A program made the position numbers and the translations under genes. From Tyzzerella sp. (GTDB taxonomy: Bacteria > Bacillota > Clostridia > Lachnospirales > Lachnospiraceae), in the NCBI GenBank assembly GCA_017410145.1, contig JAFQRJ010000006.1:21062-85061 (forward strand): a stretch of DNA of 64,000 bases, read 5' to 3'. Shown here one piece after another: positions 1-9,006 of the stretch. Position 1 is the first letter of the stretch. Every line of letters starts with the position of its first letter. The notes under the pieces are model-generated. The model was not told the DNA's origin. It worked only from the letters and a program-made list of their open reading frames with translations, and did no database searches.

Positions 1-361
1 TGCACATGGAAAAACCGGAATAGATATCAATCCGGGTGCCACCATCGGTGAATATTTCTTTATTGACCATGGTACCGGTGTTGTAATCGGTGAAACTGCT
101 ATCATTGGAAATGGTGTAAAGATTTACCAGGGTGTTACAATCGGTGCACTTTCCACAAGAAAAGGGCAGGCGTTATCCGGTATCAAACGTCATCCAACTA
201 TTGAAGATAATGTTATCATCTATGCAAATGCAACCATTTTAGGAGGCGATACGGTTGTAGGTGAAGGCGCAACCGTGGCAGGTAACACCTTTGTAACGGA
301 GTCCGTGCCTGCAGGCGCGAAGGTCAGTGCCATGCATCCGGAGTTGAATGTGAGAATTTAA
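1..361 (+). CDS. cysE: Serine O-acetyltransferase, 3' portion (truncated by window start)
   Basis: Manual translation from base 2: ...[28 protein letters not shown]...IYQGVTIGA...[21 protein letters not shown]...; TAA at 359-361. Not in ORF track. Confidence 0.9.
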   Translation, partial: AHGKTGIDINPGATIGEYFFIDHGTGVVIGETAIIGNGVKIYQGVTIGALSTRKGQALSGIKRHPTIEDNVIIYANATILGGDTVVGEGATVAGNTFVTESVPAGAKVSAMHPELNVRI

Positions 362-385
362 GGCGTGCGAAAGCACGCCTTTTTT
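361..385 (+). terminator. Rho-independent terminator of cysE
   Basis: AGGCGTGC-GAAA-GCACGCCT followed by T-run. Confidence 0.9.
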
Positions 386-437
386 GTGGGTAACTGTATC
401 TGTAAACATGTAAATATACTAGGTTTTATGGAGCGGA

Positions 438-727
438 ATTTCTGTATACAGAAAAAGTTGTTAACAATACCCGTTATCATGTAGACATACTAGTTTATAG
501 CACGTGAAATTTCTATATACAAGAAAAATATTCTCAAATACCCTTGGAGTTGTAACAAAGTGGGTATTTGAGAATATTTATTTTACATATAGAAAATCAA
601 TACGAAAAAGTAAAATAATTAAGGGTATTGCAAACAAATTTCTGCCTATATAGAAAATTTGAACAATTCTAATTGGAAATGACAAAAATTGTGGGTATAG
701 CGAAGATATTTTCTTGCATATAGAAAA
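438..727. repeat. Array of five 35-bp degenerate units GGGTAT-N20-TATAGAAAA (2 reverse, 3 forward)
   Basis: Reverse units 438-472, 509-543; forward units 562-596, 623-657, 693-727. Confidence 0.85.
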
Positions 728-824
728 ACAGGAACACGGAAAAAATCCTGTAAATATCTATAATTTACCAAAGCACATGACAGCAATTTTATGATAATAT
801 CATTTTGGCTACTGAAAAATTGTT

Positions 825-1811
825 CTATAGAAGGTGCGACACATCTACATATTCGTGGTGTACGTCTTTTACACCATCTCCCGTAATTCGAAATACCGTT
901 CCGCCGTTTAAAACCGGGTTCCAATAACATCCCGGACCGGTATTTAAAGCGAAAATCAGTTGAATTCCTTCATAGCGAATTATCCAGTTGTTCACATGGT
1001 CATGACCTGCAAGAATATGCGTCGTCAACCCCATTTCTTTTACGGCTGAAAACACTCCATCGTCTAAAGGAAAAGAGGAGATGTCTTCGTATTGCACGCC
1101 GGTGCTTTCTTTGTAGTCCGCCTCCCAACATTCGTCTCCCAACGCCTGTGCCGGAGTGAGTTCCTTTAGGTTGATATCTCTCTTATACGCACAGGCAGAT
1201 GCTTTGCGATAGGCGTTTATCGGAATGTGTGTGATTAAAATTGCATCCTTACAGCCATTTTCTTTCAAATGCGATATCTGTTCTTTATACCATTCAATCT
1301 GTGCAGGTGTCAGTTTAGACCATGCCTCATATTCTTTGCCATCTACGTTTACATATTTTTCTCTGTCGTGAGTATCCATAAGAAGAAGAGCGGTTATTAA
1401 CTCGTCTTTTTCTGTAATTGCAACCACATAATTTCCATTTCCTAAAACCGGGTCACCTTTTTCGAAAAGGCAATATGGACGTTTCATGTACCTTGTAGCT
1501 ACATTGTCTACCAACTCAGAACCACCTTGATTGTCGTGATTTCCGAAGATAGGAGCCCAAGGAATATGAAAACTTTCGATAAAATCCGCAAATTTGTCAT
1601 ACGCAATATCATTTCCGGCCCATGCAATATCGCCGGAAATGGTAATAAGGTCGGGATTACTCCGTTGAATCAATTCCGTAATGGTATATTCCAAGATTTG
1701 ACGGTTTGGATGCCCTTCATCCCATTCCTCGTTTGACAATTGGGTGTCAGTCAGATTGAGGATAATAAAGTCCTTTTCAGGACATTTATGTAGTGTTTTA
1801 TTTGATGACAT
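825..1811 (-). CDS. Calcineurin-like metallophosphoesterase
   Basis: Motifs LTDTQ, SGD, FGNHD, THIP, AGHDH; start chosen at ATG 1811 after GGAG RBS (ORF extends to 1871). Confidence 0.85.
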   Translation of the reverse strand: MSSNKTLHKCPEKDFIILNLTDTQLSNEEWDEGHPNRQILEYTITELIQRSNPDLITISGDIAWAGNDIAYDKFADFIESFHIPWAPIFGNHDNQGGSELVDNVATRYMKRPYCLFEKGDPVLGNGNYVVAITEKDELITALLLMDTHDREKYVNVDGKEYEAWSKLTPAQIEWYKEQISHLKENGCKDAILITHIPINAYRKASACAYKRDINLKELTPAQALGDECWEADYKESTGVQYEDISSFPLDDGVFSAVKEMGLTTHILAGHDHVNNWIIRYEGIQLIFALNTGPGCYWNPVLNGGTVFRITGDGVKDVHHEYVDVSHLL

Positions 1812-1989
1812 TTTAGTTTTCTCCGTTTTTAGAATCGCTGTATTATTCATATCTGTGTTTCCATAAAACAAATCAAAAAATAATTACAGTTTTATTTATG
1901 TTAACCAAAAAAGATAGAAAAGTCAATTTGAATGCAGAGTTTGTGATAAAACCATTTGAAATAAAAACCTTTAAGTTCTATTTCTAATT

Positions 1990-2036
1990 AAAAAGAGACG
2001 ATGATGTGGTTTGTTGGACCACGCCATCGTCTCTTT
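1990..2036 (-). terminator. Terminator of PBP1A gene
   Basis: AAAGAGACGATG...CATCGTCTCTTT inverted repeat with A-run on the left (U-tract on minus strand). Confidence 0.75.
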
Positions 2037-2063
2037 GTTGTTGAGCGATTTATATCAATCTGG

Positions 2064-4484
2064 TTACGGTGTTGGAGTGGTGGTTGTTGTGTTACCACCT
2101 GCGGCACCTTCTGCAGTTCCTGCATCCGGTGTTTCACCATGTCCCGGACAGGTCTTGCTTGGACCGGTTCCTTCCGCAAAATATTCGCTGTATTTTGTGC
2201 AGGCATCACTGCTTGCAAGTAGTCCGGTTTCTTTACAGATTGTTTGTCGTTTTACAGATTCCGGCATTTCAAAATTCACAGATTCATAATCCATTTTGTC
2301 GTGAATCCGTTGCATGACTTTTTTCCATATTATTTTGTGATAACTGCTAGATCCGTCAATTCCCTGATTGTCATCATAACCGCTCCATACAGAAGCTGTC
2401 AGATAAGGAGTATATCCGGAGAACCACAGGTCACGGGTATCCGTTGTTGTACCTGTTTTTCCGGCTGCAACATAGCCTGATAATTTGGCCACTTTTCCGG
2501 TACCTTTGGTGAGAACGTCCTGCATTGCACTTGTAATCAAGTATGCAGTAGAGTCTTTCATTGCAGTGTGAGTAGCAGGAGTATTCTCAAACAATAAATT
2601 TCCAAGATTATCGTAAATCTGTGTATAGAGAATTGGCTCTGTATATGTTCCTGCATTTGCAATAGCTGCATAAGCTGCCGTTAATTCAATGTTATATACA
2701 CCCGTCGTAATACCACCTAGTGAGGTGGCTTCACCGGCATCATTTGAGGAATGCAAAGTAGTAAAACCAAAGTTCTTTGTTAAATATTGCATTCCCACAC
2801 TTGGAGTAATTTCCTGATATTTTCTTACGGTACAAACGTTGGCAGATTGTTCTATACAATAGCGGATAGTTAAATTTCCTTTGTATCCACCCCACCAGTT
2901 CTTTACGGCTTTTTTCTCACCGGTTGTATAGTTCAGCGGTGCATCCTTAATAGTGGTTGATAATGTATCCCCATTCATATCTAAAGCAGGTACATAAGTG
3001 GAAAGCACCTTAAAGGTAGAACCAGGTTGTCTTCCGGATTGGGTGGCACGGTTTAAACTCATGTTAGAGGTTTTTTCTCCACGGCCGCCAACCATCGCTT
3101 TCACATATCCGGTATATTGATCCATAACTACAATTGTTGCCTGTGGCTGAGGAGAAAGTGTAATGTTGGTGAAAACAGTATCATTCTCATCCTTTTTTAG
3201 AGTTTCAATATATTGCTCTAACAGTGTGTTTGCTCTTTCTTCGGAAGGGAAGGTAATTCCCAATGGTCCGTATTTTTCTTCACCGTATAGTTTGATTACA
3301 TATTTCCCAAATGTGTTATGGTCGTAATGTTTTTGCGTGCCGTCCTGGTGTACGATAGAGATGGCACCATTGACAGTCCAGTTTACTGTGGAAGGGTAGT
3401 TGTCTTTACGATTCAATTCCTCGTCACAAATCTTCTGCATGGTTAGGTCTTGTGTTGTAATAATTTTTAAGCCCCCGCTATACAGCGCCTTGTATGCCTG
3501 ATCCTCGGTGTAGCCTAATTTATTCACAAGGTCTTTTTGTACTTCCTTAGCAACCTCGTCCAAGAAGTAAGAGTTTACAGTAATGCTTTCCTTGTATTCT
3601 GCATTTGCAGTCTGGATTCTTTTGTAAATATCCTCTGTGTCTGCAAGAGCTGTGTCAAATTCTTCCTGTGAAATCTTTTCCTGTTCCAGCATATCCTTGA
3701 GCACTTTTTCACGACGCTTTTGATTGGCTTCAGGGTTCGTGATTGGGTTATAGCCGGTTGGACTTTTAGTAATTGCAGCGATGGTAGCACATTCTGATAA
3801 AGTAAGTTCACTGACATCCTTGCCGAAATACCGTTTTGCCGCAGCTTGTACACCAAGGGTGTTTTGACCGAGATTAATTGTATTTAAGTAGTTTTCCAGA
3901 ATCTCCGGTTTATCAACAATTTTTTCAATCTGAACGGCTAAATACAACTCTTGAACTTTACGTTCAATTTTCTGCCAAGTGGTTTCCCTGCTAAAGTTTG
4001 GGAAAACACTGTTTTTAATTAACTGCTGTGTAATGGTACTGCCACCCTGAGAAAAATGTCCGGAGGTAAGACCCTTTACAAATGCTCTGGTGATACCTTT
4101 TACATCAATACCCTTGTGGTCGTAAAAACGAGAGTCCTCTACCGCAATAAAAGCATCTTGTAAATATTTTGGAATATTTTCAAGGGAAGTATATACACGA
4201 TTGGAACCGGCACTTACAAAAGTACCCAAAACGGTTTCGCCATCATTGGCATATGCAGTTGTTGTATATGCAGAAGGTTTAATACTATCTGCCGTAATCT
4301 GTGGTGTATCATCAATTATTTTTTTGAACAGAAGACCACCGCCGGCAAGTGCTAAGATTCCTACTCCAAGGAAAAGGAGTAATAATACTTTCAGCCAACG
4401 CATTCCTGTTCTTTTTTTCTTCTTAGACGTACGTGATTGTAGCTGTGCACGTTGTTTAGAAGTGTTCTTTCTACCATAATTCAT
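2064..4484 (-). CDS. Class A penicillin-binding protein (PBP1A family, transglycosylase/transpeptidase)
   Basis: N-terminal TM; EDSRFYDHKG and GGSTITQQLIK transglycosylase motifs; STFK, SAN, KTG transpeptidase motifs. Confidence 0.95.
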   Translation of the reverse strand: MNYGRKNTSKQRAQLQSRTSKKKKRTGMRWLKVLLLLFLGVGILALAGGGLLFKKIIDDTPQITADSIKPSAYTTTAYANDGETVLGTFVSAGSNRVYTSLENIPKYLQDAFIAVEDSRFYDHKGIDVKGITRAFVKGLTSGHFSQGGSTITQQLIKNSVFPNFSRETTWQKIERKVQELYLAVQIEKIVDKPEILENYLNTINLGQNTLGVQAAAKRYFGKDVSELTLSECATIAAITKSPTGYNPITNPEANQKRREKVLKDMLEQEKISQEEFDTALADTEDIYKRIQTANAEYKESITVNSYFLDEVAKEVQKDLVNKLGYTEDQAYKALYSGGLKIITTQDLTMQKICDEELNRKDNYPSTVNWTVNGAISIVHQDGTQKHYDHNTFGKYVIKLYGEEKYGPLGITFPSEERANTLLEQYIETLKKDENDTVFTNITLSPQPQATIVVMDQYTGYVKAMVGGRGEKTSNMSLNRATQSGRQPGSTFKVLSTYVPALDMNGDTLSTTIKDAPLNYTTGEKKAVKNWWGGYKGNLTIRYCIEQSANVCTVRKYQEITPSVGMQYLTKNFGFTTLHSSNDAGEATSLGGITTGVYNIELTAAYAAIANAGTYTEPILYTQIYDNLGNLLFENTPATHTAMKDSTAYLITSAMQDVLTKGTGKVAKLSGYVAAGKTGTTTDTRDLWFSGYTPYLTASVWSGYDDNQGIDGSSSYHKIIWKKVMQRIHDKMDYESVNFEMPESVKRQTICKETGLLASSDACTKYSEYFAEGTGPSKTCPGHGETPDAGTAEGAAGGNTTTTTPTP

Positions 4485-4627
4485 GAGTGTAGCCTCCTTT
4501 ATTTCGTATGATATTATACCAAACTTACATATTTAAATAAAGGAAAATAGGAAAAATTTAAGAAAATATTGTGAAAATAGATGTAATACTGTTATAGTAA
4601 TAGAAAAGACGTAAATAGGTGAAACAT

Positions 4628-5302
4628 ATGTTGAGTCAATATAAAACAGTGTATTGCGGCGGTGAGGCCGAAATCATAGAGAAAAAATCCAGATTCATAG
4701 CGACGGTTCAACCGGTGAAAAACGAGGAAGAAGCGATTGCATTTATTGAGCGCATGAAAAAGAAATATTGGAATGCAACCCATAACTGCTCTGCCTATGT
4801 TCTCGGAGAGCATTTCCAAATTCAGCGTTGCAGTGATGACGGAGAGCCAAGCGGGACAGCAGGGAAACCAATGTTGGATGTGCTCTTAGGAGAAGAAATT
4901 CATGATGTCGTCGTTGTAGTGACCAGATATTTTGGTGGAACTCTTTTAGGCACAGGTGGACTGGTAAGAGCATATTCAAGTTCTACAAAAGAAGGCCTTT
5001 TGGCAAGCAAGGTGATTACAAAAATGTATGGTCAGAAGTTCTCCATAGAGACCGATTACACAGGACTTGGAAAAATTCAGTATATTCTGGGGCAGAGAGG
5101 GCTTACGATTTTAAATTCCACTTATACGGATAAAGTGGTACTTGAGGTACTTCTTCCGGAGGCTCTGATTCAGGGTGTTCTTGCTGAAATCAGAGAGGGA
5201 ACCAATGGACAGGCGAAGATGGAACAAATGGAAGAATGTTACTTTGCAAATATAGATGGTGAGATTCGAATATTGTCTGAAAATTCATTGCATAATCCTT
5301 GA
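4628..5302 (+). CDS. YigZ/IMPACT family protein
   Basis: IEKKSRFIA, ATHNCSAY, SDDGEPSGTAGKPML, VTRYFGGTLLGTGGLVRAY; ATG 4628 after AGGTGA. Confidence 0.92.
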   Translation: MLSQYKTVYCGGEAEIIEKKSRFIATVQPVKNEEEAIAFIERMKKKYWNATHNCSAYVLGEHFQIQRCSDDGEPSGTAGKPMLDVLLGEEIHDVVVVVTRYFGGTLLGTGGLVRAYSSSTKEGLLASKVITKMYGQKFSIETDYTGLGKIQYILGQRGLTILNSTYTDKVVLEVLLPEALIQGVLAEIREGTNGQAKMEQMEECYFANIDGEIRILSENSLHNP

Positions 5303-5316
5303 ATTTTGTGTATAAT
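5288..5316 (+). promoter_or_regulatory. SigA-type promoter of hpf
   Basis: TTGCAT-N17-TATAAT. Confidence 0.7.
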
Positions 5317-5351
5317 ATACATATAAATTGAATAAAAAGGAGTTGAATTGC

Positions 5352-5882
5352 ATGAATTTTATCATTAGTGGAAAAAACATCGACGTAACAGCTGGTTTAC
5401 GGTCGGCAATTGAGCAAAAATTAGGAAAGCTGGAAAGATATTTCACTCCTGACACTGACATTATCGTAACGCTCAGTGTTGAAAAAGGTCGTCAAAAGAT
5501 TGAAGTTACGATTCCGGTTATGGGAACTATCATCCGCTCGGAACAAGTAAGTGATGACATGTATGTCTCTATTGACCTAGTGGAAGAAGTCATTGAGCGT
5601 CAACTTCGAAAGTTTAAGAATAAGTTGATTGCAAAGCATCAAGAGGGCGGACATTTCAAAGATGCATTTTCAGAGATAGAGGAAGATGAAACAGATGACG
5701 AGATAAAAATTATCCGCACCAAGCGATTTGGAATCAAACCAATGTTTCCAGAAGATGCCTGTGTACAAATGGAACTTTTGGGACATAGCTTCTTCGTGTT
5801 TTGTAATGCGGAGACGGATGAGGTAAATGTGGTATACAAAAGAAAAGATGGTGCTTATGGTTTGATTGAACCTGAGTTTTAA
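5352..5882 (+). CDS. hpf: Ribosome hibernation promoting factor (long HPF)
   Basis: ISGKNIDVT...KLGKLERYF, DMYVSIDLVEEVIERQLRK, C-terminal EDACVQMELLGHSFFVF...VVYKRKDG. Confidence 0.93.
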   Translation: MNFIISGKNIDVTAGLRSAIEQKLGKLERYFTPDTDIIVTLSVEKGRQKIEVTIPVMGTIIRSEQVSDDMYVSIDLVEEVIERQLRKFKNKLIAKHQEGGHFKDAFSEIEEDETDDEIKIIRTKRFGIKPMFPEDACVQMELLGHSFFVFCNAETDEVNVVYKRKDGAYGLIEPEF

Positions 5883-5919
5883 AAGTGGGGCGTGCCAATG
5901 TTGGTACGCCTGCGTAATT

Positions 5920-5974
5920 TGTCGAAAAGTTTTTGTTATATATTGTTCTAAATACGAATCTCCCTTCATAGACT
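5920..5974 (+). promoter_or_regulatory. Spo0A box plus possible SigE-type promoter upstream of ssb
   Basis: TGTCGAA at 5920-5926; TTCTAAA-N14-CATAGACT at 5946-5974. Confidence 0.45.
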
Positions 5975-6022
5975 GTTTATTGAATGAAAAGTACAAGACA
6001 GAGGAAGGGAGATTTTAAATTC

Positions 6023-6652
6023 ATGTCAGATAAGATTATCGAAAACAATCAAGTAACTATTATTGGAGAAGTGGCTTCGGAGTTTACCTTTAGTCATGAG
6101 GTGTTCGGAGAGGGCTTTTATATGGTGGATGTTCTGGTAAAACGTCTAAGTAATTCCGATGACCGAATCCCTCTTATGATTTCAGAGCGTCTCATTGATG
6201 TTCGCCAGAATTACATAGGTGAATATATTGAGGTAACAGGTCAATTTCGTTCCTATAATCAGCATGAGGAACATAAGAACCGTTTGATATTATCGGTTTT
6301 TGTGAGAGAAGTATCATTTGTGGAAGAAGAAGTGGATGGGGCTAAGACAAACACGATATTACTGGATGGCTATATATGCAAACGTCCAATTTATCGAAAA
6401 ACTCCGCTTGGCAGAGAAATTGCGGATTTATTATTGGCGGTGAACCGTCCATATGGAAAATCGGATTATATTCCGTGCATTTGCTGGGGGCGTAATGCAA
6501 GATTCGCATCAAGCTTTGAAGTAGGAGAACACGTGCAAGTTCTTGGAAGAATTCAGAGTCGTGAGTATGTAAAGAAGTTGACGGAGACGGAAACAGAAAA
6601 AAGAACGGCATATGAAGTATCTGTTAGCAAACTTGAGTGTGTCATAGATTGA
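6023..6652 (+). CDS. Single-stranded DNA-binding protein, clostridial double-OB-fold type
   Basis: Two OB-like halves; RKTPLGREIADLLLAVNRPYGKSDYIPCICWGRNA, GRIQSREY; no acidic DDLPF tail. Confidence 0.85.
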   Translation: MSDKIIENNQVTIIGEVASEFTFSHEVFGEGFYMVDVLVKRLSNSDDRIPLMISERLIDVRQNYIGEYIEVTGQFRSYNQHEEHKNRLILSVFVREVSFVEEEVDGAKTNTILLDGYICKRPIYRKTPLGREIADLLLAVNRPYGKSDYIPCICWGRNARFASSFEVGEHVQVLGRIQSREYVKKLTETETEKRTAYEVSVSKLECVID

Positions 6653-6722
6653 CAGAACGAAAGAATGGTGCTAAAATCCTCTAATAGAAAGGTTTTCAAT
6701 TGGAAACTAAGGAGGTTAAATT

Positions 6723-7607
6723 ATGGCGATTTTTACAGGTTCGGGAGTGGCGATTGTTACACCATTTCATGCAGACGGAAGTATTAATTATAATAAATTA
6801 GAGGAAATGATTGATTTCCATTGCAATAACGGAACAGACAGTATTGTAATTTGTGGAACGACAGGTGAGTCTGCGACGATGACAGAAGCAGAACATGTGG
6901 AGTGCATCAAGAAAGCAGTAGAGTTTACAAAAGGTCGTATTCCTGTTGTTGCAGGTACCGGCTCAAACTGTACACAGACTGCGATAGAATTATCGAAAGA
7001 GGCAGAAGCGGCAGGAGTAGATGGGCTTTTGATTGTAACGCCATATTACAACAAATGTACACAGCAAGGTTTGGCACAACATTACACTGCAGTTGCGAAG
7101 GAAGTAAAAACTCCGATTATTATGTACAGTGTTGCAAGTAGAACAGGTGTGAACATTGCGCCGGAAACAGTTGCTTCATTGGTGAAGAATGTAGACAATA
7201 TTGTAGGTGTTAAGGAGGCATCCGGCAATATCGGCCAAGTTGCCAAAATTATGAATCTTACAGATGGAAAAATCGATTTGTATTCAGGAAATGATGATCA
7301 GATTGTACCGCTTATGTCACTTGGCGGATTGGGTGTTATCTCTGTGTTGGCAAATGTGGCACCACAGGAAACACATGATATTTGTGCGAAGTATCTTGCA
7401 GGAGATGTGAAAGAAAGTGCGAAGCTTCAATTGAAAGCGATTCCACTTATCGATGCATTGTTTAGTGAAGTGAATCCAATTCCGGTTAAGAAGGCGTTGA
7501 ACTTGATGGGGATGGAAGTTGGTCCATTGCGCATGCCTTTGACAGAGATGACCGATGCAAATGCAGAGAAGCTTGCAAAAGCAATGCGAGACTTTGGAAT
7601 ACTATAA
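6723..7607 (+). CDS. dapA: 4-hydroxy-tetrahydrodipicolinate synthase
   Basis: AIVTPF, GTTGES, AGTGSN, VTPYYNK, GVKEASG, NPIPVK. Confidence 0.95.
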   Translation: MAIFTGSGVAIVTPFHADGSINYNKLEEMIDFHCNNGTDSIVICGTTGESATMTEAEHVECIKKAVEFTKGRIPVVAGTGSNCTQTAIELSKEAEAAGVDGLLIVTPYYNKCTQQGLAQHYTAVAKEVKTPIIMYSVASRTGVNIAPETVASLVKNVDNIVGVKEASGNIGQVAKIMNLTDGKIDLYSGNDDQIVPLMSLGGLGVISVLANVAPQETHDICAKYLAGDVKESAKLQLKAIPLIDALFSEVNPIPVKKALNLMGMEVGPLRMPLTEMTDANAEKLAKAMRDFGIL

Positions 7608-7619
7608 ATAACATTTATG

Positions 7620-7654
7620 AAAATGACCTCGATGCAGTAAGCACGAGGTCATTT
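7620..7654. terminator. Bidirectional terminator between dapA and the convergent gene
   Basis: AAATGACCTCG...CGAGGTCATTT. Confidence 0.75.
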
Positions 7655-7669
7655 GTTATGATTTACATA

Positions 7670-8554
7670 TTATTGCAATAATGTATGTTGCCTACAATCG
7701 TAATAATACACATGATTAGATAAAATATCCTCTGGACCAACCTGGGTTTCATTGACCTCTAATACCATATCATTTAAGGTATCTTTATCGGGAGCATGAG
7801 TTTCCGGAATAATAATTACTTCGTGAATACTGCTTGGAAGGATGTAAAAACTATCCTTTAGAAAATTGCAGATATGGAATAAAATGTCGTCATACAAGAT
7901 ACATGCGGCACCGAGATTCCGCAGAGAATTGGTCAGGACAAACATGATATCGTCTGCCCGAACGATGTTATCACATGGGTTTCCTAATAATTCTTCAATT
8001 ACAATTCGCATAGGTTTAAAAACTGCCGGAAGTAATTGAGGTGTGTTTTGTTTTGCAATCTGATGAATTTCGGTTAAAGAAGTTTCCCAAAGGCGAACTA
8101 ACTCATTGGTAACAGGAATCGTTGCGGTACCCTTTTCATCTACTTCAAACAGAATGTAGAAAACAATTGCAAAATCCAAATAAGGTACGAATGGAAGTTC
8201 CTTCAGAAGGGTTTCATTTTGTTTTTCATGTATCACTTTATATACGATTTTTTCCTTGATGGCGTCAAAATCAGAAATACTATGAACATCCCAGGAATGT
8301 TCAAATTTTACCTCGTGATATACCTCCAAAATACACTCTGCAATATCTTCGATGGTTTCTCCGTCCTGATAATGTTTGTAGAATTCTTCTAAATAGATTG
8401 TAGGGGATAAATTGACACTTTTATCAGAGAAGGTTAATCCAACTCGCTCATTCCCATTGTTTTTAAGGGCTGTATGAAGCTGAACGTCGGTGGTTTCTCC
8501 TAGGATAGAAAACAGTTTTTCCCTGAGTGTCGAGACAAATTGTTGATAATTCAT
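7670..8554 (-). CDS. DUF5688-family hypothetical protein
   Basis: KNNG, SPTIYLEEFY, MFVLTN, GAACILY, FYILPSSIHEVIIIP, EVNETQV...LSNHVYYY pattern. Confidence 0.75.
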   Translation of the reverse strand: MNYQQFVSTLREKLFSILGETTDVQLHTALKNNGNERVGLTFSDKSVNLSPTIYLEEFYKHYQDGETIEDIAECILEVYHEVKFEHSWDVHSISDFDAIKEKIVYKVIHEKQNETLLKELPFVPYLDFAIVFYILFEVDEKGTATIPVTNELVRLWETSLTEIHQIAKQNTPQLLPAVFKPMRIVIEELLGNPCDNIVRADDIMFVLTNSLRNLGAACILYDDILFHICNFLKDSFYILPSSIHEVIIIPETHAPDKDTLNDMVLEVNETQVGPEDILSNHVYYYDCRQHTLLQ

Positions 8555-8702
8555 AAATACTCCTTTCAATAGTTAGAGCATATTGAATCAATTGTAAGTA
8601 CGTGAATATCGACAGAAATGTCAAGAAAAATGAATGGATAAATATTATGGTTTCTTGATTATAACCTATCAGAAAACAAAAAGCAACTTAAAAAGCAACT
8701 TC

Positions 8703-8731
8703 TTTACATTTGAAAATAAATATGTTACGAT
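8703..8731 (+). promoter_or_regulatory. SigA promoter of tRNA gene
   Basis: TTTACA-N17-TACGAT with TGn extension. Confidence 0.6.
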
Positions 8732-8758
8732 GAACAAGGTGTTTTCATACCGTTGTAT

Positions 8759-8830
8759 GTCTCTGTAGCTCAGTGGATAGAGCGCCGCCCTCCGGAGGCG
8801 GGTGCGCAGGTTCGACTCCTGTCAGAGACG
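8759..8830 (+). tRNA. tRNA-Arg (anticodon CCG), CCA not encoded
   Basis: Acceptor stem GTCTCTG/CAGAGAC; D arm GCTC-AGTGGATA-GAGC with A20; anticodon arm CCGCC-CTCCGGA-GGCGG; T arm GCAGG-TTCGACT-CCTGT. Confidence 0.96.
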
Positions 8831-8836
8831 TTTGAA

Positions 8837-8880
8837 AAGTCGCTGTAAGCCTTGAAATTAGGGTTTGCAGCGATTTCTTT
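8837..8880 (+). terminator. Terminator after tRNA-Arg
   Basis: AAGTCGCTGTAAGCC...GGTTTGCAGCGATTTCTTT. Confidence 0.75.
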
Positions 8881-8949
8881 GTAAAAAAATAGAAAAAACA
8901 GTTTTATCGCTGAAAATAGAAAAAAACTTTCTTAAAATGCATATAAAAC

Positions 8950-8978
8950 TTGAAAAAATGAAATAATAGTGATATATT
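8950..8978 (+). promoter_or_regulatory. SigA promoter of the RloA/RloB operon
   Basis: TTGAAA-N17-TATATT with TGn extension. Confidence 0.6.
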
Positions 8979-9006
8979 AGATGCAGAAAAGAAGGAGGCG
9001 AGAAAA

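Noticed and set aside
438-727. CRISPR array interpretation (35-bp repeat with ~36-bp spacers)
   Set aside because: Units are too degenerate internally, switch orientation mid-array, two spacers resemble each other, and there are no cas genes in the window
693-727. Repeat unit as a SigG/SigK sporulation promoter (GTATA-N17-CATATAG)
   Set aside because: The -10 lacks the conserved final T(A), and the units sit between convergent gene ends with no gene to drive
825-1811. Functional link between the arrays and the adjacent phosphohydrolases (metallophosphoesterase here, CYTH at the other array)
   Set aside because: Unrelated folds and only two instances; cannot be distinguished from chance without more copies
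8886-8925. AAAATAGAAAAAA direct repeat upstream of the RloA-like gene
   Set aside because: Low complexity and lacks the GGGTAT half of the array motif
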